DNA of 64,000 nt from an uncultured Chloroflexota bacterium (GCA_964430115.1 CAYSEM010000001.1:26587-90586); one strand, 5' to 3'; positions 48,733 to 57,924 are shown, counted from the first letter of the stretch. Numbers and translations: made by a program. Notes: generated by a model from the sequence alone, not told the origin.

Positions 48733-49683
48733 CTACGCGCCGCCCTTCTTGGTTCCGTAAACCGGCGTAAGCCAGTGCGAATACTCAGGAACCCGACCTT
48801 GGACAGCGGCGAAGTATCGCTCCTGGATGCGCTTCGTGATTGGACCAATCTCCCCACTCCCGATCGCACGGTGGTCCACCTCAATGACAGGCGAGATCTG
48901 TGCGCCTGTTCCACAGAGGAATAGCTCATCGCCGATGTAGAGCTCGCTTCGATCAATTGATCGCTCGCTTACCTTGAGCCTCATTTCGCGCGCAATCTCA
49001 ACGACTGCGGCGCGTGTGATCCCTTCCAGAATGTCATCGTTGAGGCCCGGGGTGATCAGCGTGTCTCCACGTAGGAGGAAGAGATTCTCCGCGGAGCCTT
49101 CAGACACTTTCCCCGACTCAGTGAGCACAATCGCCTCATCGTGGCCGTTGAGCATCGCCTCGGTCTTGGAGAAGGCGCTATTCACGTAGTTCCCCACCAC
49201 TTTGGCGCGCGCGGGGATCGCCAGATCGGAGGTCCGCCTTGTTGCCACCGTGGCACAGCGAATCCCTGAATCAATGTCAATGTAGTTTCCGAACGGGATT
49301 GCGATCACATAGAAGTTGTTCTTCAGCTCATGGAGGCGCACCCCGATCGCTTCGGTGCTCTTGTACACGCTGGGGCGGATGTAGACGTCTTCCTTGAAGC
49401 CGTTCTGCTGCAGCAGATCAATGATGATCGTCCGGAGCTCCGCAACCTCAGGGAGCGGGTTCATCATCAAGATCTTGGATGATGCGCGGAGTCGCTCAAG
49501 ATGCTCGTTCAGCTTGAGTGCGTAGAGCTCGCCCTGATCTGCATTCCAGTAGGCACGGATCCCTTCAAAGGTGGCCGTCCCATAAAGGAAGGCGTGCGTC
49601 ATCACGTTGACCTTCGCATCTGCGAGCGGGCGGAATCCGCCCTCGAAATATGCGATCGGGGCCTTCGTCTCGCTCGACGCCAT
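48733..49683 (-). CDS. ilvE: branched-chain amino acid aminotransferase
   Basis: 316 aa of PLP fold type IV, with ...FEGIRAY..., ...EAIVLTESG.VSEGSAENLFLL... and the PLP-binding Lys region. Confidence 0.92.
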   Translation of the reverse strand: MASSETKAPIAYFEGGFRPLADAKVNVMTHAFLYGTATFEGIRAYWNADQGELYALKLNEHLERLRASSKILMMNPLPEVAELRTIIIDLLQQNGFKEDVYIRPSVYKSTEAIGVRLHELKNNFYVIAIPFGNYIDIDSGIRCATVATRRTSDLAIPARAKVVGNYVNSAFSKTEAMLNGHDEAIVLTESGKVSEGSAENLFLLRGDTLITPGLNDDILEGITRAAVVEIAREMRLKVSERSIDRSELYIGDELFLCGTGAQISPVIEVDHRAIGSGEIGPITKRIQERYFAAVQGRVPEYSHWLTPVYGTKKGGA

Positions 49684-49688
49684 GCAGG

Positions 49689-49958
49689 CTACCCCTGGTG
49701 CTGTGGGGCGTACGGAAGGAGGGCCATCTGGCGTGCCCGCTTCAAGGCGACGGTCAGTTCATGCTGATGCTGCGTGCAGTTCCCTGTCTTTCGTCGTGGC
49801 TCAATCTTTGCGCGATCAGAAATGAAGCGGCGGAGCCGGTTTACTTCCTTGTAGTCGATCACGCCGCGCTTATCCCCGCAGAATGAACAGGTCCGACGAC
49901 GTCGGGCCGCGCCAAACTTGTCTTCACGCTTCTTGAATCGCTTTGGTGCCTCAGCCAT
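49689..49958 (-). CDS. rpsR: 30S ribosomal protein S18
   Basis: 89 aa, ...[37 protein letters not shown].... Confidence 0.92.
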   Translation of the reverse strand: MAEAPKRFKKREDKFGAARRRRTCSFCGDKRGVIDYKEVNRLRRFISDRAKIEPRRKTGNCTQHQHELTVALKRARQMALLPYAPQHQG

Positions 49959-50001
49959 GTTGCTCTCCTCTCAATCTTGTGGTGGTTGTTCGGTTGTTTC
50001 G

Positions 50002-50445
50002 TTAGAAGGGAAGGTCGTCTAGATCGCTCGGCGCTGATGCCGCTCCCTGATCTGGACGGGTCTCGGCACTCGGTGCTGCGGCCCGTGCAGGTCGCGGGGC
50101 GCTCGGGTCTGCGTCTGGATTGCGATCTACGATTACCACTTCGCTCGCGAGGATGTCGAGCGCCACGCGCTTCTCGCCCTCTTTCGAGTCGTAGAGGTCC
50201 ACCTGAAGTCGTCCTTCGGCGTAGACCTTGCGCCCCTTGCGGAGCCACTCTGCAAGCTTCACGGAGCGCTCGCCGAACATGATCACGCGGTACCAGGTTG
50301 TCTTGTCTTCCCACTCGCCGCCAGCAGACTTGCGACGCTCATTGGTCGCCACGCGCATCTCAAGGCGTGGCTTCCCGTCGGCGGTGTACTTCAACTCTGG
50401 ATCTGCGCCAAGGTTGCCGATGATGCTGATCTTTGCAAATGACAT
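50002..50445 (-). CDS. ssb: single-stranded DNA-binding protein
   Basis: 147 aa with an OB fold and a C-terminal acidic DDLPF tip. It sits in the rpsF-ssb-rpsR operon context. Confidence 0.93.
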   Translation of the reverse strand: MSFAKISIIGNLGADPELKYTADGKPRLEMRVATNERRKSAGGEWEDKTTWYRVIMFGERSVKLAEWLRKGRKVYAEGRLQVDLYDSKEGEKRVALDILASEVVIVDRNPDADPSAPRPARAAAPSAETRPDQGAASAPSDLDDLPF

Positions 50446-50448
50446 GGA

Positions 50449-50868
50449 CTACTCCGCGTCGACTGCAACTGCGGCGGGAGCGGCGTCGCTTTCACCGTCA
50501 TCAAGTTGCGCATCAGCAGCGGCGGCCGCGGCGGCGGCATCAGCCGCCTCCTCTTCGAGCTCGTCGCTGATCGCCGACGCTGGGCGTTCGTCTCGAATCA
50601 CCAGGTGCCGGAGCACCTCTTCCGTGATGAGGAGTACGCGCTCAAGCTCAGCAATGGATGCTGCAGGGGCCTCGAAGAGGTAGATCTGGTAGATGCCGTC
50701 GCGGTGTCCCTCAACCTCATACGCGAGACGGCGACGCCCCCACGGGACGTTCTTGAGGATGCTTCCACCCGCTTCGGTAATGGATCGAACCGTTCGCTCA
50801 AGGATGGCCTTGCTGCGGTCCTCTGCAACATCTGGTTGCATGATCATCATGAGCTCGTAGCGGCGCAT
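50449..50868 (-). CDS. rpsF: 30S ribosomal protein S6 with acidic C-terminal tail
   Basis: 139 aa, MRRYELMMIMQPDVAEDRSKAILERTVRSITEAGG... Confidence 0.92.
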   Translation of the reverse strand: MRRYELMMIMQPDVAEDRSKAILERTVRSITEAGGSILKNVPWGRRRLAYEVEGHRDGIYQIYLFEAPAASIAELERVLLITEEVLRHLVIRDERPASAISDELEEEAADAAAAAAAADAQLDDGESDAAPAAVAVDAE

Positions 50869-50970
50869 TGCGCGCTCCTTCCTATGGATTCGCCCCGGTG
50901 CACCCTACGCAACTTGCGCAGTGGGCCGGAGCCGAAAGGCAGAGGGGGAGTGTAGCACTCTAGGTGCTAG

Positions 50971-51047
50971 GGTCCAAGAGTTGGAGGCGACGGCCGGATT
51001 CGAACCGGCGAATAGGGGTTTTGCAGACCCCCCCCTTAGACCACTTG
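50971..51047 (-). tRNA. tRNA-Cys (GCA)
   Basis: Folded manually: acceptor GGCGACG/CGTCGCC, anticodon loop cuGCAaa, discriminator U, encoded CCA, TPsiC arm GGTTCGAATCC. Confidence 0.85.
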
Positions 51048-51059
51048 GGTACGTCGCCC

Positions 51060-51133
51060 CAGTTCCGTGTTGGCTGCCCCTCGAGGATTCGAACCTCGGT
51101 TCACGGATTCAAAGTCCGGTGTCCTACCACTAG
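51060..51133 (-). tRNA. tRNA-Gln (TTG)
   Basis: Folded manually: U1-A72 acceptor pair typical of Gln, anticodon loop cuUUGaa, encoded CCA. Confidence 0.8.
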
Positions 51134-51156
51134 ACGAAGGGGCATCGACCCCGGAT

Positions 51157-51232
51157 CTCCGAGAGATTGGAGCGGAAGACGGGACTCGAACCCGCGACCT
51201 TCACATTGGCAATGTGATGCTCTACCAACTGA
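51157..51232 (-). tRNA. tRNA-Gly (GCC)
   Basis: Acceptor GCGGAAG/CTTCCGC, anticodon GCC, discriminator U, encoded CCA. Confidence 0.85.
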
Positions 51233-51248
51233 GCCACTTCCGCACCGG

Positions 51249-51324
51249 TACACCGATGATGGTGCCGAGAGCCAGATTCGAACTGGCGACACCGCGCTCT
51301 TCAGGCGCGTGCTCTACCAACTGA
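51249..51324 (-). tRNA. tRNA-Phe (GAA)
   Basis: Acceptor GCCGAGA/TCTCGGC, anticodon loop cuGAAga, encoded CCA. Confidence 0.85.
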
Positions 51325-51439
51325 GCTATCTCGGCTCATTGACCGCCTGCCACGGCGACCTCAGACACCAACGATGCTGAGGATACCCTCCGCGGCGAGC
51401 GGGCGCAACGGAGGGCCCGACGAAGGCTAGGACCCGACC

Positions 51440-51515
51440 GCGATAGGGGCTGGTGGGCGGTGAGGGGCTCGAACCCCCGACCCCCTCGGTGTAAACGAGG
51501 TGCTCTACCAACTGA
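51440..51515 (-). tRNA. tRNA-Val (TAC)
   Basis: Acceptor GGGCGGT/ACCGCCC, anticodon loop uuUACac, encoded CCA. Confidence 0.85.
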
Positions 51516-51556
51516 GCTAACCGCCCGGTGCAGTCGCCCGCTGGCGACAATTTCAA

Positions 51557-51641
51557 GAATCGAAGTGTGGTGCCCAGACCGGGACTTGAACCCGGATGAC
51601 TTGCGTCATACGCCCCTCAAACGTACGCGTATACCAATTCC
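51557..51641 (-). tRNA. tRNA-Leu (GAG), class II with long variable arm
   Basis: Acceptor GCCCAGG/TCTGGGC, anticodon stem UACGU/GCGUA with loop uuGAGgg, variable arm UGACGCAAGUCAU, TPsiC CCGGGTTCAAGTCCCGG, encoded CCA. Confidence 0.82.
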
Positions 51642-51669
51642 GCCACCTGGGCACAGGTGTTGCGTCCCT

Positions 51670-51756
51670 GACGCTGTTACTGGTATCGAGGAAGGGACTT
51701 GAACCCATACGTCCTTGCGGACACTGGCTCCTGAAGCCAGCGCGTCTGCCAATTCC
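51670..51756 (-). tRNA. tRNA-Leu (CAG), class II with long variable arm; acceptor stem begins with a G1.U72 wobble pair
   Basis: Acceptor GTCGAGG/CCTCGAT, anticodon stem CUGGC/GCCAG with loop uuCAGga, variable arm UGUCCGCAAGGACGU, encoded CCA. Confidence 0.78.
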
Positions 51757-51789
51757 GCCACCTCGACCCGAACGAAGCCCCGAGAGCGA

Positions 51790-53445
51790 TCACGGAGCCG
51801 CGAGGCGGAAAGATAGCACATCCCGAAGGTGAGTCTCAGGCTCACGGACCAGGAGCGGGGCGAGGCCAGTGAGTCGTGAGACCACTAGGAGCCCCTCCGC
51901 CTTGAAGCGTATCGGGAGCAGGTAGTTGTTCGCCGCGCACCAGCGCTGGACTGCAGCGAGTGCCTTGACTCGCGCTTCTCTCTCCGTAGGCTTGCGTGCC
52001 TCATTGAGGAGAGCATCGAGCTCCTTAAGTTGGATTCCGACCACATTTCCGCCGCTAAGCACCGCAGCAGAGCCGAGGAGCGGATATAGATCTGGATCAA
52101 TCCCTACATCCACGTTTAAGACGACCAGATCGAAGTCTCCTGTCGCAAGGCGCGAGGTGAGCGTCTCCGCATCCACCTCCGTGACAATCGTGGGCACGCC
52201 GAACGCGTTCCATGCTGATGCCGCCTGCGTGGCAACCGCCGTATCCTCTGGATATGGGCCAGATGGGAGCGTGAGGATCTCAAGGCTTACCGGCTTCTTC
52301 TCCACATCGATCCAGACGCCATCCTTGAACTTCCACTTCGCCCCTTCGAACTGCTTGGTCGCGTACTCGGTTCCGCGAACTGGGAGCGGCACTTCGGACC
52401 AGCCCCACGAGAGCGGAGAGACGGGTGCGGCGACTTCGCGGCCTCCATACGCGCTGGTGATCGCCGAAGGGTCAAGCAGGGCGCGGAGTCCGAGGCGGAG
52501 CTTTGGGTGGCGGAGCACGGTCCGTGGACGCAAATTGACCGCAATCCCATTGAAGGTGGTGGAGCCCAGTTCAATGGTGCGACCAGCCGTCAACTCTGCC
52601 GCCGCTCTCCCCTCTCGGCCCACTCCAACCAGCGCATCCAGGTCGCCTGCGCGCCATGCGTTGAGCGCCTCCTCTTCCGTGCCATAGAAACGAAGTGCGA
52701 CCGATTCAACAGGGAGGCCAGTTGCCCCCTCTCGCATGAGCGAGCGAGCCGCAAGATCTCCGGCGAGAAGGTCACCACGCACTTGAAGTGCGGCCGCCCC
52801 TCCATCCATCGCGACAACCTTGAATGGGCCGCTCCCCATTGGGGTTGCGGCCGCCTCAAGTTGCGGAATGTCCCGTGCAGCACTTCCACTGAAGAGGTGT
52901 GCTGGGAGAAGCGGGAGTGTGCCGAGCAGCGCAGGGAGGTTTGCGAGTGCGCGTGGCGCACGAACCACAAGATCTCCGGTGGTCTCACTTACCTCAACGG
53001 TGAGTGCCTCCCAATAGCCGCCGTCAAGTCGCAGCTCGCCAGCAAGACCAAGGGTCAATTGAGCGTCCGCGGCGGTGACCGGTGTGCCGTCCTCCCAACG
53101 TGCCGCAGGGTCAAGCACAAACGTCCATGCGAGCCCGTCTTCGCTCACACTCCATGAAGTTGCCAGATCTGCCGTTGGGTATCCGCTCGTGTCGAGTCGG
53201 GTCAGTCCGCGGTAGGTCAGCGCAACAATCGCGCGATCGGCGCCTGTAGACGCAAAGAGTGGAAGTGGCCGCTCAGGAAGGCCGATGACGCCTTCGCGAA
53301 GCGTCGTTGGACCACTCGGCAGAGTGATTCCAATTGAGAGCCCACCTCCGGGTCGACCCCCTCCAATGACCCCCGCTTGTGCCAACGCGCTCGCCAGCGC
53401 CACGGTAAAGAAGAGAAAGATCGCGATGCGTCGCAATGGGCTCAT
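51790..53445 (-). CDS. ABC transporter substrate-binding protein, family 5 (peptide/nickel/opine type)
   Basis: 551 aa with an N-terminal signal peptide (MSPLRRIAIFLFFTVALASALAQA) and the SBP_bac_5-like organisation. No permease or ATPase genes are adjacent. Confidence 0.8.
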   Translation of the reverse strand: MSPLRRIAIFLFFTVALASALAQAGVIGGGRPGGGLSIGITLPSGPTTLREGVIGLPERPLPLFASTGADRAIVALTYRGLTRLDTSGYPTADLATSWSVSEDGLAWTFVLDPAARWEDGTPVTAADAQLTLGLAGELRLDGGYWEALTVEVSETTGDLVVRAPRALANLPALLGTLPLLPAHLFSGSAARDIPQLEAAATPMGSGPFKVVAMDGGAAALQVRGDLLAGDLAARSLMREGATGLPVESVALRFYGTEEEALNAWRAGDLDALVGVGREGRAAAELTAGRTIELGSTTFNGIAVNLRPRTVLRHPKLRLGLRALLDPSAITSAYGGREVAAPVSPLSWGWSEVPLPVRGTEYATKQFEGAKWKFKDGVWIDVEKKPVSLEILTLPSGPYPEDTAVATQAASAWNAFGVPTIVTEVDAETLTSRLATGDFDLVVLNVDVGIDPDLYPLLGSAAVLSGGNVVGIQLKELDALLNEARKPTEREARVKALAAVQRWCAANNYLLPIRFKAEGLLVVSRLTGLAPLLVREPETHLRDVLSFRLAAP

Positions 53446-53490
53446 TGAGGCCTCCTATCGCGCGCGTCCATGGGCGAGGTGCCCCCTCGG

Positions 53491-53712
53491 TTAGTTGGAC
53501 TGGAGATAGCCAACCAGCGAGAAGAGCACGAAGAGGAGTGTGAGCAACACGGTAAACCGCATCAGCTGTCGCTCAACCCCGCGGCGTGATCGGTAGACGC
53601 TTGAATCGCCACCAAATGCGGAGCTAAGGCCAATGCCTCGCGCCTGCATCAGGATTGCCACGATCAAGAAGATGCTCACGATAATCTGGCCAACGGCAAG
53701 GATGGGGTTCAT
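53491..53712 (-). CDS. secG: preprotein translocase subunit SecG
   Basis: 73 aa with two TM helices flanking the Gly-rich loop ...GIGLSSAFGGDSSVYRSRRGVERQL... Confidence 0.8.
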   Translation of the reverse strand: MNPILAVGQIIVSIFLIVAILMQARGIGLSSAFGGDSSVYRSRRGVERQLMRFTVLLTLLFVLFSLVGYLQSN

Positions 53713-53770
53713 GGATACCTCCGATGCATGCGCGGCAATCCCGCGTGCTGCGATTGTAGCACCCCTCCCT

Positions 53771-55306
53771 TCACGCCTGAACGAGCAGGGATCGGCCCGT
53801 CATCGTGGGGGGAAGCGCGAGTCCGGTGAGGGCACCGATCGTCGGCGCAATATCTTCGAGCGCACCGTTGATGAGCCGATATCCGGCAATCCGATCACCT
53901 GCGATCAGGATGGGGACACGGGCAAGGGTGTGACTGGTCACCGGCTCTCCTGCCGCTGTCACCATCGTCTCTGCGTTCCCGTGGTCCGCGGTAACCACGA
54001 GTGTTGCACCGGCCTGCGCGCGTACGGCCTCTGCGATCCTTCCCAGGGCGTGGTCTACCGCTTCACAGGCACGGACCGTCGCGCTGAAGTCACCCGTATG
54101 TCCAACCATGTCTGGGTTTGCAAGGTTGGCAAGGATGAACGCCTCGCTCCCATCTGCGAGCGCCGCTACCACCGCATCCGCAATCTCCGCTGCTCGCATC
54201 TCTGGTGCGCGATCGTACGTTGCTACAGACAGGCTCGGGATCAACATGCGTCGCTCACCAGGGAGGGCCGCTTCTTGGCCGCCATTGAAGAAGTACGTCA
54301 CATGCGCGTACTTCTCCGTCTCCGCCACATGGAACTGCTTCAGACCCGCGTCAGCAATCGCTGAGGCGAGCGAGGGTACCTGCGCTAGTCCGAAGAGTGC
54401 AGGGGTCGCCACCTCCTCGCCGTAGGAGCTCATCCCCCAAACTGGAACGGGGAGCGTCGAGGGACGCTCGAAGTGCGAAAAGTTCGGCGCGCTCAGCGCG
54501 GCCACAAGTTGTCGCGCCCGATCTGCACGAAAGTTCGCGTGAATCAGCACATCTCCTGGTCGGAACGCAGATTCATCACCGTCAAGAGCCACCGTTGGAA
54601 CAACGAACTCGTCACTCTCACCGCGCGCATATCCCTGCTCGATCGCATCACGTGCGCTCTCTGCCCGCAGTCCATCCGCAGCAGAGATCGCCGCAACGGC
54701 GAGGGCGGTCCTCTCCCAACGCTGATCCCGATCCATTGCAAAGTATCGGCCAGAGACCGAAGCGATCTTCGCCTGTGAGGCGAAGCGAGCGAGACGCGCT
54801 TCTAGATCTGCTAAATGGCCGAGGGCGGAGCGTGGCGGCGTATCTCGACCATCAAGGAAGAGGTGGAGATAGACGGACCGCACGCCACTCGCCTCAGCGG
54901 CCGCGGCGAGTGCAACAAGGTGCTCATCGTGCGCATGCACACCACCTGGTCCCAGGAGACTGCAGAGATGGAGGCGACCACCCTCCGCAGCGCGAAGCGC
55001 TCGGAGCAGCTCTGGCCGCTCAGAGAAGGTTCCGTTGTCAATTGCTGCACTAATGCGTGGCAAGTCTTGTGGAACCCGCTGCCCTGATCCGATGTTTAGA
55101 TGACCGACCTCACTGTTCCCCATCTGCCCTTCAGGGAGCCCAACCGCCGCACCGCTTGCATCAAGTTCGGCGTGTGGCCAGTGAGCGCGCAAGTCCTGCC
55201 ACGCAGGCATCGCCGCTGCAGAGATTGCATCTCCGGGTGCTCCTGTGCCAATGCCAAAACCGTCAATGACGAGCAGGATGAGCGGACGATCCGCCGCCAA
55301 GTTCAT
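53771..55306 (-). CDS. gpmI: 2,3-bisphosphoglycerate-independent phosphoglycerate mutase
   Basis: 511 aa, ...LLVIDGFGIG... and ...NSEVGHLNIGSGQRV..., typical iPGM. Confidence 0.93.
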   Translation of the reverse strand: MNLAADRPLILLVIDGFGIGTGAPGDAISAAAMPAWQDLRAHWPHAELDASGAAVGLPEGQMGNSEVGHLNIGSGQRVPQDLPRISAAIDNGTFSERPELLRALRAAEGGRLHLCSLLGPGGVHAHDEHLVALAAAAEASGVRSVYLHLFLDGRDTPPRSALGHLADLEARLARFASQAKIASVSGRYFAMDRDQRWERTALAVAAISAADGLRAESARDAIEQGYARGESDEFVVPTVALDGDESAFRPGDVLIHANFRADRARQLVAALSAPNFSHFERPSTLPVPVWGMSSYGEEVATPALFGLAQVPSLASAIADAGLKQFHVAETEKYAHVTYFFNGGQEAALPGERRMLIPSLSVATYDRAPEMRAAEIADAVVAALADGSEAFILANLANPDMVGHTGDFSATVRACEAVDHALGRIAEAVRAQAGATLVVTADHGNAETMVTAAGEPVTSHTLARVPILIAGDRIAGYRLINGALEDIAPTIGALTGLALPPTMTGRSLLVQA

Positions 55307-56094
55307 TGTGCGGATCCAAGGGCGGCGGCAATGTCGAGCAGACTCTCACTCGACAGCGACGCGCCACCGACCAGCAGGCCATCTAATCGAGATGCACCCG
55401 CACCAGCAAAGAAGGGTGCCGCATGGGACGCACGCACACTTCCGCCATACAAGATCTGAACCTGATCACTACTCCCCTCCCGAATTGCAGCCGCCATCCC
55501 TCCTGCAAGTTCAGGGTCGGCGGATGCCCCACTTCCGATCGCCCAGACCGGTTCATATGCAACGAGGGCCCCCGCCTCAAGGAGCGCCGTGAGGCTGCAT
55601 CCAGCCTGCGCCGCACTCCCCGCCAGCTCGTCCCACTGCGCACGCACTTCGGCGTAACGCTGCCCTGTAGTTGCCTCTCGGGCAGTGTCGCCCACGCAGA
55701 TGATCGGCCTCAGCCCCGCGGCAACCGCTCGAGCAACCTTCCGTCCAATCTGCGCACCAGTCTCGCCAAGGGTGCGCCGCTCGGAGTGTCCGATGATCGC
55801 CGCGCTCGCAATGCCGAGAAGGTGCGTAGCAGGAGTTTCTCCCGTGTAGGCTCCTGGCTCCAGCGCCGACACATCTTGAGCGGCAACGCCGATCTGCAGC
55901 GACGCGTGCTCCCTTTGCAGCAGTGAAGCGACAGGGACCAAGCCGGGCGCGGAGGGGGCAATCATCAGACTCCCTGGCAGGAGCCCCCTACGCCGAGCAT
56001 CATTGGCGATCACTCCCGCCAGGCGAACCTCCTCGCCAGGAGGAAGGTTCGCCTTCCAGTTAGCCACGAGGAGCGGTAGCGCACGGTTCGTCAT
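55303..56094 (-). CDS. tpiA: triosephosphate isomerase
   Basis: Homology begins at MTNRALPLLVANWKANL (ATG 56094), with the catalytic GHSERR and SVLYGGSV-type (YGGSVRAS) motifs. The six-frame ORF extends to 56145, overlapping whiA. Confidence 0.93.
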   Translation of the reverse strand: MTNRALPLLVANWKANLPPGEEVRLAGVIANDARRRGLLPGSLMIAPSAPGLVPVASLLQREHASLQIGVAAQDVSALEPGAYTGETPATHLLGIASAAIIGHSERRTLGETGAQIGRKVARAVAAGLRPIICVGDTAREATTGQRYAEVRAQWDELAGSAAQAGCSLTALLEAGALVAYEPVWAIGSGASADPELAGGMAAAIREGSSDQVQILYGGSVRASHAAPFFAGAGASRLDGLLVGGASLSSESLLDIAAALGSAQ

Positions 56095-56101
56095 ACGGAG
56101 A

Positions 56102-56911
56102 TCATGGCAGAACACGTGGTGGAAGTGCCGCCGCCTGACGCTCAAGGGAGCGAAGGCTGCGTTGCACGGTGCTTCGCGTCAGGTGAAGTTGCGCCCCAAG
56201 CTCCGCGATCGTTGCGTCGGGGTGAATGCGCCGAGCCTCAGCAACGCGTCGCATTGGCCCGCTCGCATCAAGCGCACCGGCATCGTCCAGCCTTCGAATC
56301 GCCTCGGCCTGCCGCATCCCTGCACGGACTGTTCGCTTCAGATTCGCCGTCTCCGCATTGATGCTTCGATTCAACTCACCGCGGACTTCGCGCAGCACGC
56401 CGCGTGCCTCCATCTCTGCAACGGAACTTCCCGCCCCGAGTCGTCGCAAGAGATCAAAGATCTCCGCTCGGTTCTTCCACACGATCACTCCACGTCCACG
56501 ACGAACACGGAGGTTTCCAGGGGGTCCCACCTGCGAGAAGGCGCGCGTGAGTAGCGTCGCCTCGTTTTGAGCGAGCACCACTTCCAAATGGATTCGCCCA
56601 GATGCGAGAGAGAGCGAGCCCCGAGCTAAGAGCCGCCCTCGAAGGAATGCGAGGCGACAGTGTTGCGGGGCCCGTGGCGCAACTACCAGTGCGGCACGCC
56701 GTAGCGCTCGCTCCGCTGGAGTCCCCGCCCCTCCCTCGGTACCTGAGTCTCCGCTGAGTTGATGCACCGTACGAGCGATCGCCACGTCGGATCGACGACC
56801 CGCGTCGCGGAGCCCGTCAAGTTCAGCCGCCCGGCAGCACTGCTGGACTGGGACGACGGCCGCCAGTTCGTGCCGCACATTTGCGACGAGCTCACGTGCA
56901 CTCTGGCTCAC
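56102..56911 (-). CDS. whiA: DNA-binding protein WhiA
   Basis: 269 aa. The N-terminal MSQSARELVANVRHELAAVVPVQQCCRAAELDGL... resembles WhiA, and a C-terminal HTH (...LTRSTVQRSLRSL...) is present. It makes an ATGA overlap with the yvcK stop, and the yvcK-whiA order is conserved. Confidence 0.85.
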   Translation of the reverse strand: MSQSARELVANVRHELAAVVPVQQCCRAAELDGLRDAGRRSDVAIARTVHQLSGDSGTEGGAGTPAERALRRAALVVAPRAPQHCRLAFLRGRLLARGSLSLASGRIHLEVVLAQNEATLLTRAFSQVGPPGNLRVRRGRGVIVWKNRAEIFDLLRRLGAGSSVAEMEARGVLREVRGELNRSINAETANLKRTVRAGMRQAEAIRRLDDAGALDASGPMRRVAEARRIHPDATIAELGAQLHLTRSTVQRSLRSLERQAAALPPRVLP

Positions 56912-57921
56912 GTACGCACGACTTTCAGAAGCGGTCGCGAACGCAGCAGGGCCTGCGCGAGAAGAACTGGATCATGGAGGTGGGGGCGGAGTCGAGAGGC
57001 GATCGCGCGTACTTCAATCGGAGGGCGCGGAACCCCACTGGCACTCGCGCTCCTCGTAAAGCGCGGTTGCAGCGGTATCCCGACCTCGCCACTCCCGCGT
57101 CGCGCGACTGACGAAGCGAGCACAAGGTCAATCAAATTTGCCGCGCCGTGCTCCACCAGCGCATCAAGGTGCGCGTCAAGATCCATCCCTTCCGTCTCAC
57201 CCTCCTGCTCATCCACGTTCGCAACCCAGATCAGCGGTGCGCGCCGCCGCGCGAGTGCCTCACGAATTTCCGGCACAAGGAGGTGCGGGATCAGGCTTGT
57301 GTAGAGACTTCCAGGCCCAAGAACGAGCAGATCAGCTTCTTGGATCGCATCGAGAGCGCTCGCAGTGGCTTTGATGGTTCCCACATCCAGAGATACCGAT
57401 GCAATGCCTCGCGTTCGTGCAAGCGCCGCCTGGCCAATGATGCTGATACCGCCGCTCGTACGTCCACGTAAACGTAGCGCTTCGGATGTTGCGGGGATCA
57501 CTCGACCACGTACATGGAGGATGCGATGGACGCGTTCAATGCCGCGCTCAAGATCTCCCTCCTCCTCGGCGATCGCCGCTGCCAGAAGGAGGTTCCCTAC
57601 AGGGTGACCACGTGTCGCTCCGTGCTCCGCTGGAAGGCGATGCTGAAGTAGCGCACCCGCTGTTGATTCGGCATCCGCGAGTGCAATCAAGCAGTTCCGA
57701 AGATCACCGACTGGTGGGATGCCAAGTTGTTCGCGGAGAATTCCGGAGGAACCCCCATCATCCGCAAGCGAGACGATTGCGGTGAGCGCAACCCCTTCCC
57801 GCTTAAGTCCGCGGAGCGCGGTGGCCATCCCCGTCCCACCGCCGAGCACCACGACCCGACGACCTCCTCCATGCAAACGTCTCTCCTGCAACGCGCGCCA
57901 GAGACGGGAGCGAAGCCCCAC
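56908..57921 (-). CDS. gluconeogenesis factor YvcK / UPF0052 (CofD-like) family protein
   Basis: 337 aa, ...VVVLGGGTGMATALRGLK...AIVSLADDGGSSG... Confidence 0.9.
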   Translation of the reverse strand: MGLRSRLWRALQERRLHGGGRRVVVLGGGTGMATALRGLKREGVALTAIVSLADDGGSSGILREQLGIPPVGDLRNCLIALADAESTAGALLQHRLPAEHGATRGHPVGNLLLAAAIAEEEGDLERGIERVHRILHVRGRVIPATSEALRLRGRTSGGISIIGQAALARTRGIASVSLDVGTIKATASALDAIQEADLLVLGPGSLYTSLIPHLLVPEIREALARRRAPLIWVANVDEQEGETEGMDLDAHLDALVEHGAANLIDLVLASSVARRGSGEVGIPLQPRFTRSASASGVPRPPIEVRAIASRLRPHLHDPVLLAQALLRSRPLLKVVRT

Positions 57922-57924
57922 CGG

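Noticed and set aside
51326-51556. 76-aa - strand ORF across the tRNA array
   Set aside because: It overlaps tRNA-Phe and tRNA-Val genes, so it is not coding.
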